Source: an uncultured Candidatus Rokubacteria bacterium (GTDB taxonomy: Bacteria; Methylomirabilota; Methylomirabilia; Rokubacteriales; DASRDR01). From it: a stretch of 64,000 nucleotides of DNA. Under the pieces are notes generated by a model that saw only the letters and a list, made by a program, of their open reading frames with translations, had not been told where the DNA came from and did not search any database. Within the stretch, counting starts at the first letter, position 1. Each line of letters starts with the position of its first letter. The translations under genes were made by a program, and so were the position numbers. This document shows, in pieces, positions 50,295-58,935 of this stretch. The stretch spans positions 64,001 through 128,000 of the forward strand of contig CAVPSB010000013.1 in the NCBI GenBank assembly GCA_963708025.1, given 5' to 3'.

Positions 50295-51076
50295 CGGAGA
50301 ACCGGATCGCATCCGGTGAGAGCTACGTCGCCGGCGCGGTCGCCCTCAACGAGCTGATCGCGGCGCCGCGGATCTCCCGCGACATCGACCTCTTCCACGA
50401 TACCGACGACGCGCTCCAGATCACGTGGGAGGCAGATCGCCGCCTCCTGGAAGGGCGAGGGTTCGACGTCCGGGTTCTTCGCGAGCGAAGAGCGTTCGTC
50501 GAGGCTCGGGTCAGCGGCAGGCAGGACACCGTCCTCATGCAATGGGCACGGGACAGCGCCTTCCGCTTCTTCCCCCTGGTCGAGCACGCCGATCTGGGCC
50601 TGACTCTCCACCCATTCGATCTCGCGACGAACAAGGTGCTGGCCCTCGTCGGCCGGCTGGAAGTGCGCGACTGGGTCGATGTGATGGAGTGCCACGATCG
50701 GATCCAGCCGCTCGGCTACCTCGCCTGGGCTGCGTGCGGCAAGGACCCGGGCTTCGGCCCGGACGGAATCCTGGAGCACGCGGCGCGCTCGACTCACTAC
50801 TCCGCGGACGAGGTGCGAGAGCTCTCGTTCGGCGGGGACCCGCCTGACGCGGCGATCCTCTCCCGCCGATGGCACGCCATGCTGGGCGAGGCACGCGAGA
50901 TCGTCGCCGCGCTACCGCCCGACGAAGTCGGCACGTGCGTGCTCGCCCCCGCTGGCACGCTGTTCAGGGGCGACCCGACGGAGCTGCGACGTGCGCTGGA
51001 CGGCACGGGTCTCGTCTTTCATCGAGGCCGCCTTCGGGGCGCGTTCCCCCAGCTCATCGACAGTCCCCCGAGGTAG
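50252..51076 (+). CDS. AbiEii/MenT-like (Pol-beta superfamily) nucleotidyltransferase, candidate toxin
   Basis: YVAGAVAL...RISRDIDLF (GG..AL..R.S.D.D motif) and NKVLALVGR...RDWVD (K..A...R...RD..D). Confidence 0.78.
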   Translation: MALTSFQREVCRTIAENRIASGESYVAGAVALNELIAAPRISRDIDLFHDTDDALQITWEADRRLLEGRGFDVRVLRERRAFVEARVSGRQDTVLMQWARDSAFRFFPLVEHADLGLTLHPFDLATNKVLALVGRLEVRDWVDVMECHDRIQPLGYLAWAACGKDPGFGPDGILEHAARSTHYSADEVRELSFGGDPPDAAILSRRWHAMLGEAREIVAALPPDEVGTCVLAPAGTLFRGDPTELRRALDGTGLVFHRGRLRGAFPQLIDSPPR

Positions 51077-51095
51077 GGTTTCCGCGTCCAGGCCG

Positions 51096-51131
51096 GGCGC
51101 GTCACGACCGGGACGAGCGTCGTGACGCGCC
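51096..51131. terminator. Hairpin between convergent genes
   Basis: GGCGCGTCACGAC-N10-GTCGTGACGCGCC, a 13-bp inverted repeat with no U-tract. Confidence 0.45.
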
Positions 51132-51270
51132 TCGGCCCCGGCCGGCGCCGCGGCCGAGGACCGAGCAGCCCAAGGACGCAGGCCCGCGCCCACCGGAGGC
51201 GTACGCCCTGGTACGCCGAGGATGGGCGCGGGCCGAGGACGCCGGGATGCGAAGGTCATCGGCCGCGGCG

Positions 51271-53337
51271 CTACGACTTGAAGTACCAGGTCTCCGTGTG
51301 GGCGATGTGTGGGTTGTCGCTCACCGCGCTGTTCCAGAGCCGCTCGGGGATGTTCCCCATGTTCGTCTTGATGACCCGCACCCCCTGGGACGCGGGCGAG
51401 TTCGAGACGACCGGGATGATCCACACCTCGTCCAGCACGATCTTCCAGACGTCCTTGGCGAGCTGCGTCCGCTCCTGCTCCGGCACGCCGAACGCCTTGC
51501 GGTACTTGTCCATCACCTCCCGCATCCGCGGAGGCGGCGTCTTCCCCTTCGCTCCCGCGCTGGCGTACCAGGTCCCGTACAGCGGCCCGACCGGAATCTG
51601 GGGGTTGACCGGGAAGAACCACGGCGCGTGCCCGAACATGTTGTCGGCGCCCCACTGCGTCTCGAAGTAGATCTGGTGCTCGTTGGCATAGAGCCGGGCG
51701 GTCGCCAGCCCCCGCTCGAGCTCCTGCACCTCGCCCCGGATGCCGATCTTCTTCCACTGCTCGACGACCATCTCGGCAATCCTGGTGAACGGGAGGAAGC
51801 CGAGATAGGTCGTGAGGGCCAGGCGGAGCCTGCCGCCGCCGTCGGCCCGCAGGCGGTAGCCCTCGCCGTCCTTCTTGTCCAGCCCCAGCTTGTCGAGCAT
51901 CTCGTTCGCCTTCTTGACGTCGTACGCTGTGTGCAGTGTCTTGTACTCCGGGCCCGGGAAGTAGAGCGTGCGCTCCCCGGGCGCCGCCGAGCCCGTCTGC
52001 GCGAGCCCGAGCACGAAGGTCTCGTTGATCTGCTGGCGGTCGATGCCGTGGGAGAGTGCGATCCGGAACTCTCGGGTGGAGAGCCACTTGGCGACCTCGG
52101 GGTCCTTCTCGTAGCTCTGGTTACACATCAGGCCGACGTCGGCCCCCTGGTCCGAGGGATCGAGATAGACTCGGTAGCCGCCCTTCTGCTGGTTCGCGAG
52201 CAGGACCGGGAGCTTGCCGATGTCGATGTGCCGGGCCTGCGAGTCGTACTCGCCGGCGATCGCCCGCAGGTTGATCACCTCCAGGTTCTCGCCCAGCGTC
52301 ATCTGGACCCGGTCGATGTAGGGGAGCTGGTTGCCGGCGGTGTCGACCCAGATGCTGTACGGGTTCCGCTCCAGGACGAAGCGCGGCGTGTTGATCGGGG
52401 ACGTCGTCTTCCAGGGGGTCACCACCGGCAGGTCGGGGTTGAGGGAGGCGTTGTTGCGATCCTTGAGCATCGTCACCCAGCTGTCGACCTTCAGGTCCGC
52501 GACCTTCCGGTCGAGGTCGGTCTTCGAGAGGTACTTGGGGTGGAACTGCTTCAGGTAGTGGGCGGGGGCGAAGCCGCCCAGGCCGAACCGGCCGTACCGG
52601 GCGTGGTGTCCGACGCCCCACACCGAGGCCAGCACGATCGGCAGCGCGTGGTAAGGGTCCGGCGCCACGAACTGGACCGTGCTGGCATCCACCTTCCGGA
52701 CGGCGATCGGCTTGCCGTTGATGGTCATGACCGGGAGCGGGGTTGGGACCAGCTCCTTGTTCTGGTAGATGTCTTCGAACCAGAACACGAAGTCGTCCGC
52801 GGTGAACGGCTGCCCGTCGCTCCACTTCATCCCGCGCCGCAGGAGCAGCGTCGTGATCCTCCCGTCCGGGCTGACCTCCCAGCCGCGGGCGATGTTGGGC
52901 ACGATCTTCGTGCCGGTGTAGTCGAAGAAGAGCAGCTTGTCGTTCTGGGCGACGCGGTTGCCGTTCGAGTAGTCGAAGGGGCCGGTGAAGCCGCGGCGCC
53001 AGGTCCCGCCGTACTTGCCGACCTCGCGCAGGGGCTTGATGACCAGCGGGTCCTGGCCGATGCGCTCCTCGACCGGCGGCAGCTTGCCGGCCTTGACCAG
53101 CTCGGCGAGCTGCGGGGCCTCCTTGAACCGCTTCGGGAACTGGGCGGGATCGGTGATCACCTCCGGTCCTTCCAGCTTGCCGATGAGGTGCGCGCCCGGC
53201 TTGGTGTCCTGCGCCCGGGCCGCCGGGGCCGGCGCCGTGGAGGCGACGGCCAGCAGACCGAGCCGCAGCATGGTCCGTCGAGACAGGCGAGGGCTCTCCC
53301 GCCGCGGACTTTCTCCGGATCCCTTTTGCTCGCTCAT
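51271..53337 (-). CDS. Family 5 (peptide/oligosaccharide) ABC substrate-binding protein with Tat signal
   Basis: LSRRTMLRLG (twin-Arg), EAPQLAELVKAGKLPPVEER, GKYGG, KWSDGQPFTADDF and ERNPY...DTAGNQLPYID. Confidence 0.9.
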   Translation of the reverse strand: MSEQKGSGESPRRESPRLSRRTMLRLGLLAVASTAPAPAARAQDTKPGAHLIGKLEGPEVITDPAQFPKRFKEAPQLAELVKAGKLPPVEERIGQDPLVIKPLREVGKYGGTWRRGFTGPFDYSNGNRVAQNDKLLFFDYTGTKIVPNIARGWEVSPDGRITTLLLRRGMKWSDGQPFTADDFVFWFEDIYQNKELVPTPLPVMTINGKPIAVRKVDASTVQFVAPDPYHALPIVLASVWGVGHHARYGRFGLGGFAPAHYLKQFHPKYLSKTDLDRKVADLKVDSWVTMLKDRNNASLNPDLPVVTPWKTTSPINTPRFVLERNPYSIWVDTAGNQLPYIDRVQMTLGENLEVINLRAIAGEYDSQARHIDIGKLPVLLANQQKGGYRVYLDPSDQGADVGLMCNQSYEKDPEVAKWLSTREFRIALSHGIDRQQINETFVLGLAQTGSAAPGERTLYFPGPEYKTLHTAYDVKKANEMLDKLGLDKKDGEGYRLRADGGGRLRLALTTYLGFLPFTRIAEMVVEQWKKIGIRGEVQELERGLATARLYANEHQIYFETQWGADNMFGHAPWFFPVNPQIPVGPLYGTWYASAGAKGKTPPPRMREVMDKYRKAFGVPEQERTQLAKDVWKIVLDEVWIIPVVSNSPASQGVRVIKTNMGNIPERLWNSAVSDNPHIAHTETWYFKS

Positions 53338-53389
53338 GGAATCTCCCCTTTCGTTCGCATCGACCCCGTGAGACCTGCTCCGGCGAGGA

Positions 53390-54469
53390 TCACGACGACC
53401 GTCGTCGCTGACGGGTGCGGACTCTCCCCTCCTCGTTCGACTCTCCGATGCGCTGGCAGCTCTGGCGATGGACGAGCTGGAGGGGCAGCGGGGCCCCGGC
53501 GGCGGGGACCAGCCGGCCGGCCACCAGCTCCAGCAGCTTGCGGGCCGCGGTCAGACCGAGCTCGTAGCGGGGGACGCGCACCGTGGTGAGGGCCGGCGTC
53601 ACCAGGCTGGCGTAGGGCACGTCGTCCCAGCCGACGACCGAGAGATCGCGGGGGATGCGGACCCCGGCCTCGGCACAGGCCTGCAGCAGCCCGATCGCCA
53701 TCACGTCGCTGTGGCAGATCGCGGCGGTGGGGCGGCTGGCCTGGGCGAGCAGCCGCTGGCCGGCGCGATAGCCGCCTTCGATCGAGATGCTCTCCCGGAA
53801 GATGAGGGACGGGTCGGGACCGAGCCCCGCTCGACCGAGGGCGGGGCGATACCAGTCCTCGCGGTTCCCGACCCGGGCCTCGTCCCGCGAGGGGACGACC
53901 AGCCCGATGCGGCGGTGGCCGAGGCCGGACAGGTGGGCCACCACCTCGGAGGTGGCGGTCTTCCAGTCCACCCAGACCGCCGCCACCCGGGCCCCGTGGA
54001 CGTCCCGGTTGAGGAACACCATCGGGATGCCCGTGCGCTGGGCCAGCTCGGCCAGCGTGTCGACCTCGACCTGGGGGGCGCCCAGGATCAGGCCGTCGGT
54101 GCTTCGCTCGAGCAGGTGCTTCACGTTCTTCAGCTCGCGCTCGGGGTCGCGGCGACTGCTGGAGAGGATCAGGCTGTAGCCGGCCGGCGCCAGGACGTCC
54201 TCGACCCCCCGCACGACGTCCGGGAAGAACGGGCTCGCCACGTCCCCCATCACGAGGCCGACGGTGTTGGTCCGGCGGCTGACCAGGCTCCGGGCGATGT
54301 GGCTGGGACGGAATCCCAGATCGGCGATCGCCTGCTCGACCCGGGCCCGGGTCCCGGGGGCGATGCGGTTCTCACCGTTGATCACCCGGGACACCGTCTG
54401 GTGGGACACCGCGGCGAAGCGCGCGACGTCCCGGATGGTCGCCTTCTTCCCCGGTGGTGGCAGGGCCAT
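53390..54469 (-). CDS. LacI-family transcriptional regulator
   Basis: ATIRDVARFAAVSHQTVSRVING, LGFRPSHIARSL and DLSVVGWDD...PALTTV. Confidence 0.95.
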   Translation of the reverse strand: MALPPPGKKATIRDVARFAAVSHQTVSRVINGENRIAPGTRARVEQAIADLGFRPSHIARSLVSRRTNTVGLVMGDVASPFFPDVVRGVEDVLAPAGYSLILSSSRRDPERELKNVKHLLERSTDGLILGAPQVEVDTLAELAQRTGIPMVFLNRDVHGARVAAVWVDWKTATSEVVAHLSGLGHRRIGLVVPSRDEARVGNREDWYRPALGRAGLGPDPSLIFRESISIEGGYRAGQRLLAQASRPTAAICHSDVMAIGLLQACAEAGVRIPRDLSVVGWDDVPYASLVTPALTTVRVPRYELGLTAARKLLELVAGRLVPAAGAPLPLQLVHRQSCQRIGESNEEGRVRTRQRRRSS

Positions 54470-54524
54470 CGCGATTCTCCCAGCCCGAGCGAGCCCCGGA
54501 ACGCGAAAGGGCGGCCGCTGACGA

Positions 54525-54567
54525 TGTGACCGGTCACACGCTAGCAGGAGCGCGGGCGGGCTGTCAA
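54525..54567 (-). promoter_or_regulatory. Sigma70-type promoter with a LacI operator at the transcription start
   Basis: Minus strand TTGACA (54562-54567)-N18-TAGCGT (54538-54543), followed by the perfect palindrome TGTGACCGGTCACA (54525-54538). Confidence 0.72.
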
Positions 54568-54835
54568 CGGCCCGGAGGCTGCTCGAGCCCGCGCCGCGCC
54601 GACCGGTCACGCGGAGACGGACGGGAGTCGCGCACCGGGCTGCGACGGCGACCCCGGACGCCAGCGCGAGAGCCGCGTGAGCGTGCCCGGCCAGTCCGCG
54701 ATGAGGCCGGCGAGCAGCGTGCCCACGACATGGCCGAGGCCCCGCCCGAGGTCCTACCGATCTACCCGTTGGCGGCCTTGACCCATTCTCCGCGGGTGCC
54801 CTACACTCACGGAAAGCGTGGTGAGAGGAGGCCCG

Positions 54836-55088
54836 ATGCCGCTCTACCTGGACGTTCACAACAAGATCGACGGGCCTGACCGGCGCCGCGGTGGGCGACG
54901 CGCACGAGAAGGACCTCCGGGTTCAGCACAAGTACGGCGTCAACTACCTGCGCTACTGGTACGACGAGGGCACGGGCAAGGTCTTCTGTCTCGTCGAGGC
55001 TCCCAGCAAGGAGGCGGCGGCCGCTGTCCACCGGGAGGCCCACGGGCTGGTCGCCGACGAGATCATCGAGGTGAAGGAAGGCGCGTAG
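54836..55088 (+). CDS. DUF4242 (SCO4226-like) protein (frameshift near 54875)
   Basis: MPLYLDVH...AHEKDL.VQ.KYGVNYLRYWYDE..GKVFCLVEAPSKEAAAAVHREAHGLVADEIIEV; GAGGAGG RBS. Confidence 0.88.
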
Positions 55089-55113
55089 CGCCGCCGCCCC
55101 GACGCCGGGTCCG

Positions 55114-58100
55114 ATGTCGTGCCCGCGCTGCCGACACCCGAACCCGCCGACGGCCAGGTTCTGCAGCAACTGCGGGACGTCGTTCGAAGGGGGGTGTCCG
55201 GGCTGTGGGCACCACAACGCGCCCGGCAGCCGCTACTGCAACGAGTGCGGTGAGGCGCTGAGCCCGGCGCCGACCTCGCCGGCGGTCGCCCCCGAGGCCT
55301 ACACCCCCCAGCACCTCGCCGCGCGTATCCTCACGTCTCGCGGGTTGCGCTCCAAGGCGAGCGCAAGCAGGTCACCGTCCTCCTGGCCGACCTCAAGGGC
55401 TCGATGGAGCTGCTGGCCGACCGCGACCCCGAGGAGGCGCGGCAGCTCCTCGACCCGGTCCTCGAGCGCATGATGGAGGCGGTCCACCACTACGAGGGCA
55501 CCGTCAACCAGGTCATGGGCGACGGGATCATGGCCCTGTTCGGGGCGCCGCTCGCCCACGAAGACCATGCGGTGCGCGCCTGCTACGCGGCCCTGCGGAT
55601 GCAGGAGCGGGTGGGCCGGTACGCCGACGAGGTCCAGCGCACGCATGGCGTTCCCGTGCAGATGCGGGTCGGGTTGAACTCCGGCGACGTGGTGGTCCGC
55701 TCGATCGGGAACGATCTCCACATGGACTACACCGCCGTCGGTCAGACCACGCACCTCGCCGCGCGGATGGAGCAGATGGCCAGGCCCGGCTCGACCCTCC
55801 TGACGCCGGCGACCCTCCGGCTCGTGGAGGGATTCGTGCGGGTGAGCGTCGCTCGGGACCGGTGCCGATCAAGGGACTCGCGCGAGCCGGTCGAGGTCTT
55901 CGAGCTGCTCGGCCGCCGCTTCCAGCCGGACGCGACTCCAGGTGTCGGCCACCCGGGGCCTGACGCGCTTCATCGGGCGGGACGCCGAGCTCGGAGCAGC
56001 TGCGCGGCGCGCTCGAGCGCGCGCGGCGCCGGCGCACGGCCAGGTCGTCGCCGTCGTCGGCGAGCCCGGCGTCGGCAAGTCCCGCCTGGTGCTGGGAGCT
56101 CGCGCATTCGCACCGGACGCAGGGGTGGCTCGTCCTCGAGTCCAGCGCCGTCTCCTACGGCAAGGCGACGACGTTCCTGCCGGTCGGGAGCTGATGCGAG
56201 GCGTACCTCGGGATCGAGGATCGGGACGACGCGCGGCGCGTGCGCGAGAAGCTGACCGGCAAGCTCCTGACGCTCGACGAGGCGCTCCAGCCCGTGCTGC
56301 CGGCCCTCCAGGCCCTCCTCGACCTCCCGGTGGAGGATGCCGGCTGGCGCGGCCTCGGGACCGATCAGCAGCGGTCGCGGGTGCTCGACGCGGTCAAGCG
56401 CCTGTCTGCTGCGCGAGAGCCAGGTGCAGCCGCTGCTCCTCGTCTTCGAGGACCTGCACTGGGCCGACGCCGACACCCAGGCGCTGCTGGAGGGCCTGGT
56501 GGAGAGCTTGCCGTCGCACCGCCTGCTCCTCCTCGTGAACTACCGGTCCCGAGTACCAGCACGGCTGGGGGAGCAAGACCTACTACGGGCAGATCCGCCT
56601 CGACCCGCTGGCGTCGGAGACGGCCGAGACGCTTCTCGCGGACCTCCTGGGCCCCGATGCGGGGCTGGCGCCGCTGCCGTCCCTCCTGATCGAGCGGGCC
56701 CAGGGCAACCCCTTCTTCCTCGAGGAGAGCGTGCGCAGCGCTGGCGGAGACCGGGGTGCTCGCCGGCGAGCGCGGCGCGTACCGCCTCGCCAAGGCCGTC
56801 CAGGTCGTCCAGGTGCCGGCGACGGTCCAGGCGATCCTGGCCGCGCGGATCGACCGCCTGTCGCCGGAGGACAAGAGCCTGCTGCAGTCGGCGTCGGTCG
56901 TCGGCCAGGACGTGCCGCTCGCCCTGCTCCAGGCGATCGCCGACCTCGCCGAGGACGACCTGGCGCGCGGGCTGGGGCGGCTGCAGTCGGCGGAGTTCGT
57001 CTACGAGACGCGGCTCTTCCCCGACGTCGAGTACACGTTCAAGCACGCGCTCACCCACGAGGTCGCCTACGCGAGCCTGCTCCACGAGCGGCGGCGGGCC
57101 CTGCACGCGAGGGTCGTCGCCGCGATCGAGGGCCTCTATCCGACCGGCCTGGCCGAGCACCGCGAGCGGCTCGTCCACCACGCCTTCCGGAGCGAGGTCT
57201 GGGCGAAGGCGCTCGCGTACCTGAAGGACATGGGCGACGTGGCGTCGGCGAGCGGAGATCGACGAGGTGGTGGGCAAGGGCCCGGAGAGCCCGGGGCAGC
57301 TGTGGTGGACGGGCGAGCACGAGCGCGCTGTCCGGGTGGCCGAGCGCGACCTGGCGGTCGCGGTTTCCTTCGGGAACCCCGCCATGCGCATCGTGGCGAG
57401 CTGCCGGCTCGGGCAGGCCCACCACGCGCTCGGCAACTACGGGCGCGCGGCGGACCTGTTCCGGCAGATCGGCGCCTCGCTGCCAGGGCGACCTGGTCCA
57501 CGAGCGTTTCGGTATGGCCGCCTTCCCGTCGGTGTGGGCGCGCTCCTGGCTCGCCTGGTGCCTGGCGGAGGTGGGCGAGTTCGTGGAGGGGGTGACCGTC
57601 GGCGAGGAAGCGGCGGCGATCGCCGAGTCCGGCGATCATCCGTACAGCCGGGTCCAGGCCGCCTTCGGGCTGGGGACCCTCTACGTGATCCAGGGGCGCC
57701 CGGACCAGGCGATCCCGGTCCTGGAGCAAGGGCTGGTCGTGGCGCGGCTCGCGAACATCCCGTTTCTCGTGCCCTTCATGACGGGCCCGCTCGGCGCCGC
57801 CTACGCGCTCGACGGTCGGAGCGACCGCGCGGTGGCGCTGCTGGAGCAAACGGTCGAGCAGGCCGTCTCGATGCGGCTGGTGGCGAACCAGTCGCTCCGG
57901 CTCGCCTGGCTGGGGGAGGCGTTCCTCCTCGCGGGACGGTTCGACGCCGCCTTCGAGCAGGCTCGGCGCGCGCTCGACCTCGCCGAGGACCGGCGCGAGC
58001 GCGGCCACCACGCCGATGCCCAGCGCCTCCTCGGCGCCGTCAGTGCCGGGCGCGACGAACCTGACTTCCCGGCCGCGGAGGCGGCGTACGGCCAGGCGCT

Positions 58101-58290
58101 CGCCGAGGCCGAGGCGCTCGGGATGCGGCCGCTGACCGCCCGCTGCCGTCTCGGCCTCGGCCGGCTCCACTCGCGGGCCGGCCGGCCCGAGCTGGCCGGC
58201 GAGCAGCTGGCCGCCGCCACGGCGATGTTCGAGGCGATGGGCATGACCCGCTGGCTCGCCGAGGCGCGGGCGGAGGCGGGGGCGGAGTGA
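55114..58290 (+). CDS. Second double zinc ribbon + cyclase + STAND ATPase + TPR protein, broken by about 10 frameshifts (assembly error or pseudogene)
   Basis: CPRC..CSNC..CPGC..CNEC; ERKQVTV..ADLKGS; MGDGIMALFG; GEPGVGKS; EDLHW; GNPFFLEE; YTFKHALTHEVAY. It is collinear with the 22796-26160 paralog but spread across many frames. Confidence 0.85.
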
Positions 58291-58305
58291 CGCCCCCGGC
58301 GCGGG

Positions 58306-58806
58306 TCACTCCTTGATCTGGGGGAACAGGTCCCGGCTCGGCGCGTGGGCCCGCTTCCACACCATCACGCTCCGGGTGTAGTCGATGACGACCTTGCCGT
58401 CCTGGTTCACGCCGCGCGTTCGCACCTTGACGATGCCCCACTTGGGCTTCGACTTGGACTCGCGCTTGTCCACGACCTCCGACTGCGAGTAGAGGGTGTC
58501 GCCGGCGAACACCGGGTTGGGCAGCTTGATCTCGTCCCAGCCGAGCGCGAAGCCGTTCTCGCTGACGTCGGCCACGCCCATCCCGGCGACGATGGCCAGC
58601 GTCAGCACGCTGTTGACCAGGCACTGGCCGAACTCGGTGCGCTTGCCGTACTCGGCGTTGAAGTGGATCTGGTTCGTGTTGTTGGTGAGCAGCGTGAACC
58701 AGGTGTTGTCGACCTCGGTCACGGTCCGCCCGAGGCGGCACCGGTAGGTGTCGCCGACCTCGAAATCCTCGAAGTACCGCCCTTCCCACCCGGCCACGAC
58801 TGGCAT
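58306..58806 (-). CDS. MaoC-like (hot-dog fold) dehydratase
   Basis: GRYFEDFEVG, RTVTEVDN.WF...N.NQIH and PVFAGDTL. Confidence 0.9.
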   Translation of the reverse strand: MPVVAGWEGRYFEDFEVGDTYRCRLGRTVTEVDNTWFTLLTNNTNQIHFNAEYGKRTEFGQCLVNSVLTLAIVAGMGVADVSENGFALGWDEIKLPNPVFAGDTLYSQSEVVDKRESKSKPKWGIVKVRTRGVNQDGKVVIDYTRSVMVWKRAHAPSRDLFPQIKE

Positions 58807-58818
58807 GGCGATTCTCCT

Positions 58819-58897
58819 TTCGGGACCTCTGTTCGGGACCTCCCGCCCACCCCCCAGCCCCCTCCCCCACCCACCGGGGGAGAGGGGGAGCCGGAGT
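58819..58897 (-). repeat. Full copy of the G-rich intergenic repeat, with a duplicated end
   Basis: TTCGGGACCTCT-GTTCGGGACCTCCCGCCCACCCCCCAGCCCCCTCCCCCACCCACCGGGGGAGAGGGGGAGCCGGAG. Confidence 0.9.
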
Positions 58898-58935
58898 CGC
58901 TCGCGCCAGCGACCCGGCGCTCCGGAGCGGGCGCG

